A stretch of DNA of 64,000 nucleotides from an uncultured Candidatus Bathyarchaeia archaeon (GCA_964556565.1 CAZKWF010000001.1:97035-161034), one strand, 5' to 3'. Shown: positions 46,961 to 56,533, counted from the first letter of the stretch. A program made the numbers and translations. The notes: a model not told the origin generated them from the letters alone.

Positions 46961-47665
46961 ATGTCTGGAACAGAAACCCTTGTACCCTTCATCAAACCGC
47001 AAGACAAACAAACACAGCCCACAATTATTGTAGACACGCGGGAAGCATCCACAGCCGCGAAAATCATCAAAGGCCTGAAAGAACACGGCGCGAACATCCG
47101 AACAGAAACCCTACAGAAAGGCGACTACATAATATCCGACCAATGCGCCATCGAAAGAAAAACCGTACACGACTTCGTCTACACACTCACACGAAGATAC
47201 CTATTCGAACAATTGTTCAGACTAAAAGAAGCCTACCCAAAACCCTTCATCCTCATAGAAGGATACCTCCCCATAATCTACAAATTCAGCAAAATCCAAC
47301 CAGCCTCAGTATGGGGAGCCATGTTCGCCCTTGCAAAACAAGGAATCTACATGATACAGACGACCACCCACAAAGAAACCATAGATTTTCTATACACAGC
47401 TGCCAAACAAGAACAAATAGTCGAAAAGAGAATACCCATTGTACATCCGTTCAAGAAACACGAAACGTTAGCTGAAGCTCAAATGTTCTTCATAGCCAGC
47501 CTCCCAAAAATCGGACGCGAAAAAACAATAGCTCTTCTCCGCTCATACCAAACCCCCATGAACGCTCTGATAAACGTAGATCAATGGGCTAAAGATGTCC
47601 ACGGTCTCGGACCTAAAATCACCGAGAAAGTCAAACAGGTTTTACATATACGATACAAGGAGTGA
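46961..47665 (+). CDS. xpf: short-form XPF/ERCC4 nuclease with C-terminal HhH2
   Basis: IIVDTRE, GDYIISDQCAIERKTVHDF (ERCC4 GDx..ERK motif), and a C-terminal LPKIGREKTIALL...VHGLGPKITEKV helix-hairpin-helix pair. Confidence 0.8.
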   Translation: MSGTETLVPFIKPQDKQTQPTIIVDTREASTAAKIIKGLKEHGANIRTETLQKGDYIISDQCAIERKTVHDFVYTLTRRYLFEQLFRLKEAYPKPFILIEGYLPIIYKFSKIQPASVWGAMFALAKQGIYMIQTTTHKETIDFLYTAAKQEQIVEKRIPIVHPFKKHETLAEAQMFFIASLPKIGREKTIALLRSYQTPMNALINVDQWAKDVHGLGPKITEKVKQVLHIRYKE

Positions 47666-47672
47666 GTTCAGC

Positions 47673-48005
47673 ATGGAAGTCAAAATTACTCCAACAAAAA
47701 AGCTCACTGTTTTAGGCGTAGACAAACGATCACTCGAAAATCTTGCTTGGTGTGCTACAACTTACGGAATCAACCGTCTCTTCTGGGTTGATGGTTACCT
47801 CCTCTGCGTAGAGGTGTATGAAAAATCCTTTGAACACGAGATAAAAAGAAAGGTATTCCCAATAAGCCAAGTCTGCTACACAGCCTTTCCAAAATACGTC
47901 AGAGTCTTTGAAGTAGAGAAAGGAGTACAAATCCCCATCGTAAACGCCTCCGAGATGCAAATATACCGCAGCCTGCTAAGGGCCATATTGAAAAGTCAAC
48001 AATAG
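47673..48005 (+). CDS. hypothetical 110-aa protein downstream of xpf
   Basis: The ATG lies 8 nt after the xpf stop, with GGAG just upstream. No family recognised. The track ORF begins earlier (47595), inside xpf. Confidence 0.4.
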   Translation: MEVKITPTKKLTVLGVDKRSLENLAWCATTYGINRLFWVDGYLLCVEVYEKSFEHEIKRKVFPISQVCYTAFPKYVRVFEVEKGVQIPIVNASEMQIYRSLLRAILKSQQ

Positions 48006-48146
48006 CTCAGCAAGTCTAAGTGGGGCTTGCCAAGTTGGGCAGTTCGCTTCTTTCAACGCTCGGTATTTTATAAATTGTCCATCGCACACGTTTTGGCGAA
48101 AATCTAAAATTGATAGTGTTGTCACCTAATCATTCGTGGTGTTAGT

Positions 48147-49673
48147 ATGGAGTCTTTCCCATGGTGGAATGAAAAGCAGAAAAATCTAATGGAAGAGGTA
48201 AAGTCCTTCGCTGACGAAAACCTGTCGAGAGGTGAAGAAATATCTTGGACAAGGGAGTTCCCCAATGATCTTCTGGAGGAGGTTGTTAAAAGGGGATGGT
48301 TTGGCGCCTTAATTCCAAAAGAGTATGGTGGCATCGGCGCAGGGGTCACGGGCTGTTGCATTGTAGCTGAACAACTCAGTCGTGTCTGCATGGCTTTGGC
48401 CGGAGCTTGTTCGGTAACAATGTATGGAGGAACCGAGCAGCTCCTAAAGTTCGGAACAAAGGAACAGAAAAAAAAGTGGCTTCCACGTGTCACCAAGGGA
48501 ATGATCGGAGCCATATGTATAACAGAGCCAAGTGTAGGTTCAGATGCAGCGAGCATTGAGACAACCGCAAGGCGGGAGGACAACGAATACATCATCGATG
48601 GAAAGAAACGTTTCATAACAAATGCTGGATTAGCTGACATTTACTTGGTCTATGCAAAAACTAATGATCAGCCAGAGGATAAAGCCAAATACCGACATCT
48701 GAGCGCTCTCATTGTCGAGAAGGGCACGCCAGGCTTCACTGTTGAAAGGATAAATGAGCTTGGAGGATGGGCCGGGCTTCCAAATGGCTACCTAGACTTT
48801 GATGAGGTCCGAGTGCCCGTTGAAAACAGGATTGGGCAAGAGGGTGACGGCTGGAAAATTCTCGTTGAGGGCTTAAACTTTGAGAGAACTCTTTTTTCCG
48901 CAGAAAAATTGGGACCCATGAAGGAGGCAATACGATATGCAATTTGCCATGCCCAGCGGCGAATCCAATTTAGAAGACCAACAATCGACCTAGAGGTTAA
49001 CCAGTTTAAGATTGCAGACATGATTGCCAAATTCAAGATTTCACGGTTAACCGTGTATCATGCAGCCCATCTGCTGGATTTGAATGCCGAAGCAGTCTTA
49101 GGGGCAACTCTAGCGAAACTCTATATTCCTGAAGCTTATGAACAGGTTTTGACAGAATCCTCGCAAGTCATGGGAGGAGACGGTTGGACAAAATTCTATC
49201 CTGTTGAAAACTTCCTAAGAGACGCAAAAGTCAACCACATAGGTGCCGGCACAAGCGAGGTGATGAGGTTAGTCATTTTCAAACATGGAATAAGGGCATT
49301 GGCTAAAGACTTGAAAATGCCAGCTAGAAGGATGCATGAAAAACTGAATGTTCCAATTTCAACATCTAAACCCACTGTTATAACCGAAATTAACGAGGAA
49401 AACATGCTTTCGATTCTCGCCGAGGATTACCAGGTGAATCCTGGACTTCACATGAGTCGCGAAGACATTAAAACACGATTCGCGAACATTAACGACAAAC
49501 AACTAGACAAGATCTTGATCGCGCTTGAGAAGAAGGGACTTGCCAAGCTGTATAGAGACAGAAAGAGAATGATTCAGTTGACAAAAGCAACTTATGCTGG
49601 TTTGAGGAAAGCTAATCCACGAGAATATTATCAGTGGTTTCCAGAATGGATAGATAAAGAGTTCATCTTTTAA
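48147..49673 (+). CDS. acyl-CoA dehydrogenase with ~120-aa C-terminal winged-helix-like extension
   Basis: ACAD core (GAICITEPSVGSDAASI, GGDGW..YPVE...RDAKV..IGAGTSEV). An extra tail contains DKQLDKILIALEKKGLAKLYRDRKRMIQLTKATYAGL. Confidence 0.85.
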   Translation: MESFPWWNEKQKNLMEEVKSFADENLSRGEEISWTREFPNDLLEEVVKRGWFGALIPKEYGGIGAGVTGCCIVAEQLSRVCMALAGACSVTMYGGTEQLLKFGTKEQKKKWLPRVTKGMIGAICITEPSVGSDAASIETTARREDNEYIIDGKKRFITNAGLADIYLVYAKTNDQPEDKAKYRHLSALIVEKGTPGFTVERINELGGWAGLPNGYLDFDEVRVPVENRIGQEGDGWKILVEGLNFERTLFSAEKLGPMKEAIRYAICHAQRRIQFRRPTIDLEVNQFKIADMIAKFKISRLTVYHAAHLLDLNAEAVLGATLAKLYIPEAYEQVLTESSQVMGGDGWTKFYPVENFLRDAKVNHIGAGTSEVMRLVIFKHGIRALAKDLKMPARRMHEKLNVPISTSKPTVITEINEENMLSILAEDYQVNPGLHMSREDIKTRFANINDKQLDKILIALEKKGLAKLYRDRKRMIQLTKATYAGLRKANPREYYQWFPEWIDKEFIF

Positions 49674-49813
49674 GGCAGCTTCAAAAGGCAGAATTGATCG
49701 TCTAAATTTATCTCGCGTGCGAAATTTGGATTACCCTCCCTTAGTGTAGAGTTTCTTTTCACGGTAATCTTATATGGACTCAACGGATTTTATCAGCACA
49801 GGAGGACCATACA

Positions 49814-50962
49814 ATGAGCGTTGCCATAGTGGGAGTGGGTCAAACCCCTTTTCGTAGAAGTTGTGGCATAAGCATCCGAGAGTTATGCTTCGAGGCTTTC
49901 AGGAACGCTCTAGAAGACATCAATCTCGCACCTAAGGAAATAGACGCCTCTATAATTTGCTCCGCTCCAGAGTATGATAAACAGAGAAGCCCGGCAGGAC
50001 TAATATCTGAATATCTCGGTCTAACCCCTAAGCCAACATTTTACGCCGAGTCCATTTGCTCTTCAAGCAGCACTGGAGTAAAAGTTGGGTACAGCTTCAT
50101 AAAATCCAAACTCCACGACATAGTTGCAATAATCGGCTTCCAAAAGATGTCAGAAATATCATCAGCAGAGGTGCAAGAAAGGATGGGCAGAGGCGCAGAC
50201 ATCCAGTGGGAGTCACCTTTCGGCACCATGATGCCGGCTGGTTATGCAATGTTTGCCCGTGCCCACATGAAAAAGTATGGAACCACTGAAGAGCAGTTGG
50301 CGAAGGTTAAGGTTAAAAGCGGGAAATACTCGCTGCTAAACCCCTTGGCTATGTTTCGGAGGGCAGTGACACTGGAAGATTGTTTGAAAGCTAGAGTTAT
50401 AGCAAGCCCGTTGAAAATGTTTGACTGCTGTGCAAACGCCGATGGTGCTTCATGTGTGATTATGGCAAGTGAGGAAAAGGCAAAGAAGATAACGGACACT
50501 CCAGTTTGGGTGACGGGAATGGGTGCTGCAAGCGATACCCTCTCGACCACAGGTAGAGCCAATTTGACTGGTCTTGACTGCTCGGTTGAGGCTGGAAAAC
50601 AGGCTTACAAGATGGCTCGCATAGAGGCGAAGGACGTGGATGTGGCGGAGGTGCATGACTGCTTTACGATAGCCGAGATAATGGCGTATGAGAACCTAGG
50701 GTTTTGCAAATCAGGCGAGGGTGGCAAGCTTATAGAAGAGTCACAGACGTACATAGGGGGCAAGATCCCTGTGAATGTGGACGGAGGATTGCTATCCAAA
50801 GGACATCCAATAGGTGCGACCGGGGGTTCACAGTTCAGAACAATTGTGCTCCAGCTCCAAGGGAGAGCTGGCAAAATTCAGGTAAACGGCGCTGAGGTTG
50901 GCCTAGTTCATAACATTGGAGGGATTGGATTGTACGGAAACGTGACGATACTGCGAAGGTGA
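49814..50962 (+). CDS. thiolase-like acetyl-CoA C-acyltransferase (archaeal/SCP-x type)
   Basis: VAIVGVGQTPF, active-site region AESICSSSSTG, and C-terminal NVDGGLLSKGHPIGATG. Confidence 0.85.
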   Translation: MSVAIVGVGQTPFRRSCGISIRELCFEAFRNALEDINLAPKEIDASIICSAPEYDKQRSPAGLISEYLGLTPKPTFYAESICSSSSTGVKVGYSFIKSKLHDIVAIIGFQKMSEISSAEVQERMGRGADIQWESPFGTMMPAGYAMFARAHMKKYGTTEEQLAKVKVKSGKYSLLNPLAMFRRAVTLEDCLKARVIASPLKMFDCCANADGASCVIMASEEKAKKITDTPVWVTGMGAASDTLSTTGRANLTGLDCSVEAGKQAYKMARIEAKDVDVAEVHDCFTIAEIMAYENLGFCKSGEGGKLIEESQTYIGGKIPVNVDGGLLSKGHPIGATGGSQFRTIVLQLQGRAGKIQVNGAEVGLVHNIGGIGLYGNVTILRR

Positions 50963-51396
50963 TCTTTGTGAGTTTTAACAAATTTGGGAAGATAAGTTTC
51001 GTTTCAGAGACTAAAGTAGCGGATTTCGTGAAGTACTTAGAGAAAGGAAAAATCATGGCAACCAGATGCAATAGATGCGAGAAGCTCTACTTTCCTCCTA
51101 GGGCTGACTGCCCTGATGATTTGTCAACAGACATGACATGGCAAGAATTAAGCGGAAAATGCAAACTACTCACATACACCACAGCTCATTTCGCACCAAC
51201 TGGCTTCCAAGATGATTTACCTTACACCATCGCCTTAGCCCAATGTGAAGAAGACGTGAAAGTATATGCATTTTTAGGCAAAGACATAGATGAAAACGAA
51301 ATCCACATCGGCATGGATCTTAGAATCACACCACTGCGTTTACCCAATGGCAGAATCACATACGAACTAAAAAAGGCTAAAGCTTCAATGCATTAA
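50959..51396 (+). CDS. DUF35 OB-fold/Zn-ribbon acyl-CoA-associated protein
   Basis: FVKYLEKGKIMATRCNRCEKLYFPPRADCP, then an OB-fold. The GTG start overlaps the thiolase stop. Confidence 0.75.
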   Translation: MIFVSFNKFGKISFVSETKVADFVKYLEKGKIMATRCNRCEKLYFPPRADCPDDLSTDMTWQELSGKCKLLTYTTAHFAPTGFQDDLPYTIALAQCEEDVKVYAFLGKDIDENEIHIGMDLRITPLRLPNGRITYELKKAKASMH

Positions 51397-51416
51397 AACA
51401 ATAACTAGGTGATTAC

Positions 51417-52496
51417 ATGAACGCACACGAATCAATAAAGTTCGGTGTTGAAGGCCCTAACTATCCTTGGGAAGCCATACGTGAAACCACCCTGTTGGCA
51501 GAGAAAATCGGATTCGACTCCTATTGGATACCTGATCACCTAGTGGCTACCGGAGTAAAGCGTTGGGATGCTCTACATGCTTGGAGCACCCTTTGTGCCC
51601 TTGCAGTGCAAACAAAAAGAATCAAGCTGGCTACTGGTGTGAGCGACACCTACAGACATCACCCTGCTGCTTTAGCTCAAATGGCAGCAACTTGCGATGT
51701 CTTGTCAGAAGGCCGGGCAATACTCGGGATAGGCATAGGTGAAGCAATGAACTTAACACCTTTTGGCATCCCCTACGACAAGCCTGTGGGAAGAACGATT
51801 GAGGCTATCCAGATTATCCGAAGATTGTTTAGCGAGGATTTTGTTGATTTCAAAGGAAAGTACTACGAGCTAAAGAAAGGCCTCCTACGACCTAAGCCCG
51901 CGGTGCCAATTTCGGAAACTAAGTATCGTTCCACTGTTCCAATTTTCATTGCTGCAAGTTCACCAAGGACCATGAAAGTAACAGCTCGATACGGCGATGG
52001 ATGGCTGCCTGCAAACTTAGTGCCTGAAGAGTACAAAAACAACCTTAAAAAGATACGAGAAACAGCGAAGAAATTTCAGAGAGATCCTTCGAGTATAGAG
52101 CCTGCTCATTTCATGTACGTGGTGGTTGCTAAGGACGCAGAGACCGCTAGAAAGGCTATGATGTTAACTGGTAAGATGATGTTACTGTCAAGACCGAGGA
52201 TACTCGAAAAAATAGGATTCCAACCGCCTACCCATGACTTTGAGATGACGTTTAAACTTGTTTTTCCACGGGATGGAGAATCTTGGCTGGCGAAGTCTAG
52301 GGAGCTACCAGATGAGGTTGTTGAAAAGTCGCCCTTCCTCTTTGGGACGCCTGATGACATCATAGACAAACTTGACAAATTTGTTGAAGCTGGTTGTCGT
52401 CACTTTGTGATGAATTTTCAGGTCTCACCAAGGATTCTGAAGGAGACCTGCCAGCTTTTCGCGGAAAAAGTCATACCCTACTTCAAGAAGAAGTGA
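51417..52496 (+). CDS. LLM-class (luciferase-like) flavin/F420-dependent oxidoreductase
   Basis: GFDSYWIPDHL, LGIGIGEA and GTPDDIIDKLDKFVEAG are typical of Mer-like LLM proteins. Confidence 0.8.
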   Translation: MNAHESIKFGVEGPNYPWEAIRETTLLAEKIGFDSYWIPDHLVATGVKRWDALHAWSTLCALAVQTKRIKLATGVSDTYRHHPAALAQMAATCDVLSEGRAILGIGIGEAMNLTPFGIPYDKPVGRTIEAIQIIRRLFSEDFVDFKGKYYELKKGLLRPKPAVPISETKYRSTVPIFIAASSPRTMKVTARYGDGWLPANLVPEEYKNNLKKIRETAKKFQRDPSSIEPAHFMYVVVAKDAETARKAMMLTGKMMLLSRPRILEKIGFQPPTHDFEMTFKLVFPRDGESWLAKSRELPDEVVEKSPFLFGTPDDIIDKLDKFVEAGCRHFVMNFQVSPRILKETCQLFAEKVIPYFKKK

Positions 52497-52679
52497 GCAT
52501 TCCTAACGAGGAACACTCCAAGGCTAACACGATCCTCATTTAGGCCAAAGGCAACCGATAAAATCGACAAAGAAAAGATTTAAACAAAAGCAAACATGAC
52601 GAATTAGCCTTGCGCGCACAGATTTTCTTTATCCTCTATCTTTCAATCTGAGAAAAACCTTGAAGATCTTCAGTCACGA

Positions 52680-53660
52680 TTACTCGAGTTTGGCACCACA
52701 TCGTAAACAGTATTTGGATTTTTCTGGGAGGTATTCTACACCACACTTGTTGCACTTACGCATGTAGGGTCCGTAGGGAATCCTTGGGTCCCCTCCTTTG
52801 GCGATGAAGGAGCGAATTTTTTCCATTTCGACCTTTCTCTTTTGTTTGAAAGCCCATAAGCCTTCGGTGGGCTCCATTGACCCTATGTTGAGGGCAAACC
52901 ATGCCTTCCCATGTTCCCATGTGAGACGCCAGATCAGTTCTTTCCACCAGTTATGCTGAACCTTAAAATACCAGAGGCTGGATGGAGACAGATTTTTCAT
53001 CCTATCGATGTACCCTTTTACCTTGCTGTCTAGTTTATCTTTAGGTACTACATCGTTCACTACACCGTACTTGAGGGCATCTTCCGCGTTTATCTGTGAA
53101 CTTAGGAGAACCATTTCCGCTGACTTTTTTATGCTCATATGCAGGGGAAGCCATTGAGAAAGTCCCCCGATAGAGGTCATGCCCACCCTGGGTCCGGGCG
53201 AGATGAATCTTGCATGGTCTGCTGCAATCGCAAGGTCGCAACAGGCCACAAACTCCCAGCCACCCCCTGCCACCGCACCATTCACTCGAGCGATAACAGG
53301 TTTGCCACAGTGCATTATCAAGTCAAAAACTCTACCGTAATATTCTCCCCACTCCCAAAACTTCCAAGGCTTTCTATTGTACGTCTCGGCGTACTCGTGT
53401 ACGTTTCCACCAGTGCAAAAAGCCTTGTCACCTACACCTGTCATTACTATAAACTGGACAGAATCGTCTCCCATAGCCCTCTCGTATCCAGCACACATTT
53501 CTTTGAGTGTCCCTAGAACGTACGAATTCATCTCCCCAAGGTTATTAATAGCAATACACGCAGTGTAATCGTACCAATTAGGATCGTATTTGACAGTTCG
53601 CCAGTTTTTTGGGTCCTCAGCTGGATACCAGTCGTATTCTCTTTCTGCCACGTTTATCAC
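52680..53660 (-). CDS. enoyl-CoA hydratase/isomerase (crotonase) family protein with C-terminal zinc ribbon
   Basis: GDKAFCTGGNV, VNGAVAGGGWEFVACCDLAIA (oxyanion-hole segments), and a C-terminal KCNKCGVEYLPEKSKYCLRCGAKLE. Confidence 0.8.
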   Translation of the reverse strand: MINVAEREYDWYPAEDPKNWRTVKYDPNWYDYTACIAINNLGEMNSYVLGTLKEMCAGYERAMGDDSVQFIVMTGVGDKAFCTGGNVHEYAETYNRKPWKFWEWGEYYGRVFDLIMHCGKPVIARVNGAVAGGGWEFVACCDLAIAADHARFISPGPRVGMTSIGGLSQWLPLHMSIKKSAEMVLLSSQINAEDALKYGVVNDVVPKDKLDSKVKGYIDRMKNLSPSSLWYFKVQHNWWKELIWRLTWEHGKAWFALNIGSMEPTEGLWAFKQKRKVEMEKIRSFIAKGGDPRIPYGPYMRKCNKCGVEYLPEKSKYCLRCGAKLE

Positions 53661-53741
53661 ATCAGTCGGAATTACTTTCCAAATGTATTTAAGACTTGTT
53701 GGAGATGAGAATTACATCACGACATTGCCCAAAGTGGAAAC

Positions 53742-55256
53742 ATGGACACGCAGAAAATAGTCAAACACCTAAAACAGATAGTGAAACCAGAACAGATCCT
53801 CACAGACCCTGAAGACCTCTACGTATATTCTTTTGAAAAAATCGTTGAGAAACAAAACCCAGTACCAGATATAGTTGTTAAGACCCCTTCGTCTGGAGAA
53901 GCTCAAAAAATTCTTGAACTCGCTGGAAAGGAATGCTTCACGGTTGTCAAAAGAGGTGAAATGATTGGTGGTCAAAGCGTAGAGAAGCCATTGCTGTTGC
54001 TAGATGATGTTCCCACTCCCGAGCTGAAAATGGTCTCGTCAAAAAAAGGCGAGACAATCGAAATTTTAGAGGAAATTCGTGAGAGAGGATACGGAAACCC
54101 TAGAAATTTAGCTTTCGCCCTAAAAACCTTGTTTTTGGAGAAAAACCTTGCAAAATGCGAAGAATGTAAAACATGTAGTGGTTATTGCACAGTCGCATCA
54201 TCTTTTGAAGGAGTTGAAACATGGTCTTCGAAGGGAAGAGCCATTGTAATCAGAGGTCTTCAAAATAAAGAACTCTCCGTCTCCAGAAAGGTGGTTGACA
54301 TACTGTACACATGCACTGAATGTGGTTTGTGCTTTGCCCAATGCTTTGAAGATCTTGAGATTAATGAAGCCATACTAGCCACTCGACATCAAATCGCTGA
54401 AAAAGGATGGGTTCCAGAGGTTTTCCGTGAAGCGGCGAAAAACATCATAAAAGTTGGGGACCCTGGAGCGGTTCCTGTTAAGCGTCGCCTTTCATGGATG
54501 CAAGACTTCGCCTATCAACCTCTGCCTAGAAAAACTGAAGTTCTATATTGGGTTGGATGTATGGTGGCAGACAGAACCCCAGAAACCGCTAGGGCCTTTT
54601 TGAAAATTCTAAACCAAGCAAATGTGAGCTTCACAATGCTTAGGGAAAGGGAGGGTTGCTGTGGATATGTCCTATTGTCAACAGGGCTTTGGAATGAAGC
54701 GAAGAAAATTGCAGAAGAGGTATTCTCAAAAATAGAAAAAACTGGAGTTAATACCCTTGTTACGCCTTGTGCAGGTTGCTACTACACTTTCACGAAGCTT
54801 TATCCAGAAATCTTGGGAGTCTCACTTCCATGTGAAGTTCTCCATTCATCACACTTCATTGAAAAATTAGTCAATGACGCAAGGCTGGAGCTGAAAGGTT
54901 TAGATCTTAGAGTTAGCTATCACGATCCTTGCTCTTTAGGTAGGCACAGTAGAGTTTTTGATGCTCCGCGTAATGCATTGAAGGCAATACCGGGTCTGAC
55001 ACTTACCGAAATGCCACTGAATAGGCAATCTGCAAGGTGCTGTGGTGGTGGCGGAGGTTTGTGGTCTTTCAACCATCAGGTTAGCATGAACTCAGCCTAT
55101 TCGAGGCTGAAGGATTTGCAGCCGTTAAAAATTGATGTGTTAACAACGGCGTGTCCTCTTTGTCAAATCAATTTTCGTTACACTTCTGTTAGAAGGTCTA
55201 TTCCCATAAAAGTATGTGACGTAACTGAAATAGTAGCATTGTCGTGTGACCTTTAA
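53742..55256 (+). CDS. Fe-S oxidoreductase with two 4Fe-4S motifs and two CCG domains (GlcF/HdrD-like)
   Basis: CEECKTCSGYC and CTECGLCFAQC. CCG motifs GCCGY and RCCGGGGG. The N-terminal ~90 aa (IVKPEQILTDPEDLYVYSFE) resemble the first segment of GlcD-type FAD oxidases. Confidence 0.75.
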   Translation: MDTQKIVKHLKQIVKPEQILTDPEDLYVYSFEKIVEKQNPVPDIVVKTPSSGEAQKILELAGKECFTVVKRGEMIGGQSVEKPLLLLDDVPTPELKMVSSKKGETIEILEEIRERGYGNPRNLAFALKTLFLEKNLAKCEECKTCSGYCTVASSFEGVETWSSKGRAIVIRGLQNKELSVSRKVVDILYTCTECGLCFAQCFEDLEINEAILATRHQIAEKGWVPEVFREAAKNIIKVGDPGAVPVKRRLSWMQDFAYQPLPRKTEVLYWVGCMVADRTPETARAFLKILNQANVSFTMLREREGCCGYVLLSTGLWNEAKKIAEEVFSKIEKTGVNTLVTPCAGCYYTFTKLYPEILGVSLPCEVLHSSHFIEKLVNDARLELKGLDLRVSYHDPCSLGRHSRVFDAPRNALKAIPGLTLTEMPLNRQSARCCGGGGGLWSFNHQVSMNSAYSRLKDLQPLKIDVLTTACPLCQINFRYTSVRRSIPIKVCDVTEIVALSCDL

Positions 55257-55482
55257 TGATAAGCGTCTAAAAACATGAGATAGCATACATGCAAGCACCT
55301 GACACACTATTTTAGTGTTAGCAAACCGCTAAAAGTTTTACTTGCTCATATTGTATATTCAAGTAAATATGGAGAAAAGCTTCTTTCCTCGTGACAAAAA
55401 CACCACCTATTTTCACCCAAACCAGCCAGCATGCATATCTCGCAATCTGTTTTCACACCCAGATTGTTTTTCAGCGAGTGTC

Positions 55483-55509
55483 TTTGCTTATCCTGCGTTA
55501 AATAAAAAA
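55483..55509 (+). repeat. 27-nt relic matching an internal fbp segment (23 of 27 nt)
   Basis: TTTGCTTATCCTGCGTTAAATAAAAAA encodes FAYPALNKK. Compare 56231-56257, TTTGCTTATCCCGCGTTAAAAGAAAAG, which encodes FAYPALKEK. Confidence 0.5.
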
Positions 55510-55540
55510 TAAACTTATTTATGATTCAGATGTTATTGGA

Positions 55541-56455
55541 ATGACGGTTATAATGGTAGGTGTTATTCTAAAAGAACATCTTAAAGCGATTGACACTGAA
55601 TTGGCTTCTTTAATTCTTACGATAAGTAAGACTGCAGTCGGAATAAAAGAGAGATTACCATACATGAGGGGTATCGCGGAGACTCAAAATATATATGGCG
55701 AATTGCAATCGGCTTTGGATTTATGGACCGATCAACTATTTATCGAGGAATTTAGGAAACTAGGTTTAGTAAACAAAGTTGCATCAGAAGAACAAAAAAA
55801 TCTTGCAAGACTTAATGACAATGGGAGATTCTTCGTAACATCAGACCCATTCGACGGTTCTTCAAATCTTCCTAGCAATAATTTAGTTGCAACAATAGTT
55901 GGTGTATATGAAAAGGATTTTTACACAGAAGGAAAAAATCAAGTTGCTGCATTGTATGTCTTGTACGGTCCTGTACTAAGTTTAGTTTATACAGTCGGCG
56001 AAGGTGTTCATGAATTTTTGTACAAACCTTCAAAAAAAGAATTTATTCTAGAAAATGAAAACAAAAGACTTCCAGAAAAAGGAAAATTATGTGGTTTTGG
56101 TGGTTCAAGAAAAGCTTGGCTTCCACCATTCAGAAAATTTGCTGAAGAGTTAGAAGAAGAAGGTTTGAAAGTAAGATACAGCGGAGCATTTGCAGCAGAC
56201 ATTAATCAAATACTTCATTATGGTGGGATTTTTGCTTATCCCGCGTTAAAAGAAAAGCTATATGGAAAAGGAAAGTTGAGATTGTTGTTCGAGGCCAACC
56301 CGATATCATTTGTGATGGAACAAGCTGGGGGCGCTTCAAGCAATGGTAAACGTTCAATACTTGAAGTTAAGCCAACAAGTCTAGATCAAAGAATTCCAAT
56401 CTATGTTGGTAATGAAAACTTGATCAAAAGATTGGAACGGGCACTTAAAGGATAG
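55541..56455 (+). CDS. fbp: fructose-1,6-bisphosphatase, class 1
   Basis: SEEQ, DPFDGSSN, GIFAYP and LRLLFEANPISFVMEQAGG are class I FBPase signatures. The gene is markedly AT-rich. Confidence 0.85.
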   Translation: MTVIMVGVILKEHLKAIDTELASLILTISKTAVGIKERLPYMRGIAETQNIYGELQSALDLWTDQLFIEEFRKLGLVNKVASEEQKNLARLNDNGRFFVTSDPFDGSSNLPSNNLVATIVGVYEKDFYTEGKNQVAALYVLYGPVLSLVYTVGEGVHEFLYKPSKKEFILENENKRLPEKGKLCGFGGSRKAWLPPFRKFAEELEEEGLKVRYSGAFAADINQILHYGGIFAYPALKEKLYGKGKLRLLFEANPISFVMEQAGGASSNGKRSILEVKPTSLDQRIPIYVGNENLIKRLERALKG

Positions 56456-56533
56456 ATTTTCACAATTCAACATAAATGCGTGCGCAACTGAGTTAAAATT
56501 TTAGTTAGGGTAGAAAACGGAAATTTTTGACTT

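Noticed and set aside
48122-48640. 172-aa minus-strand ORF opposite the acyl-CoA dehydrogenase N-terminus
   Set aside because: The ACAD frame has clear family motifs. The antisense product is Ser/Pro/Ala-rich with no motifs.
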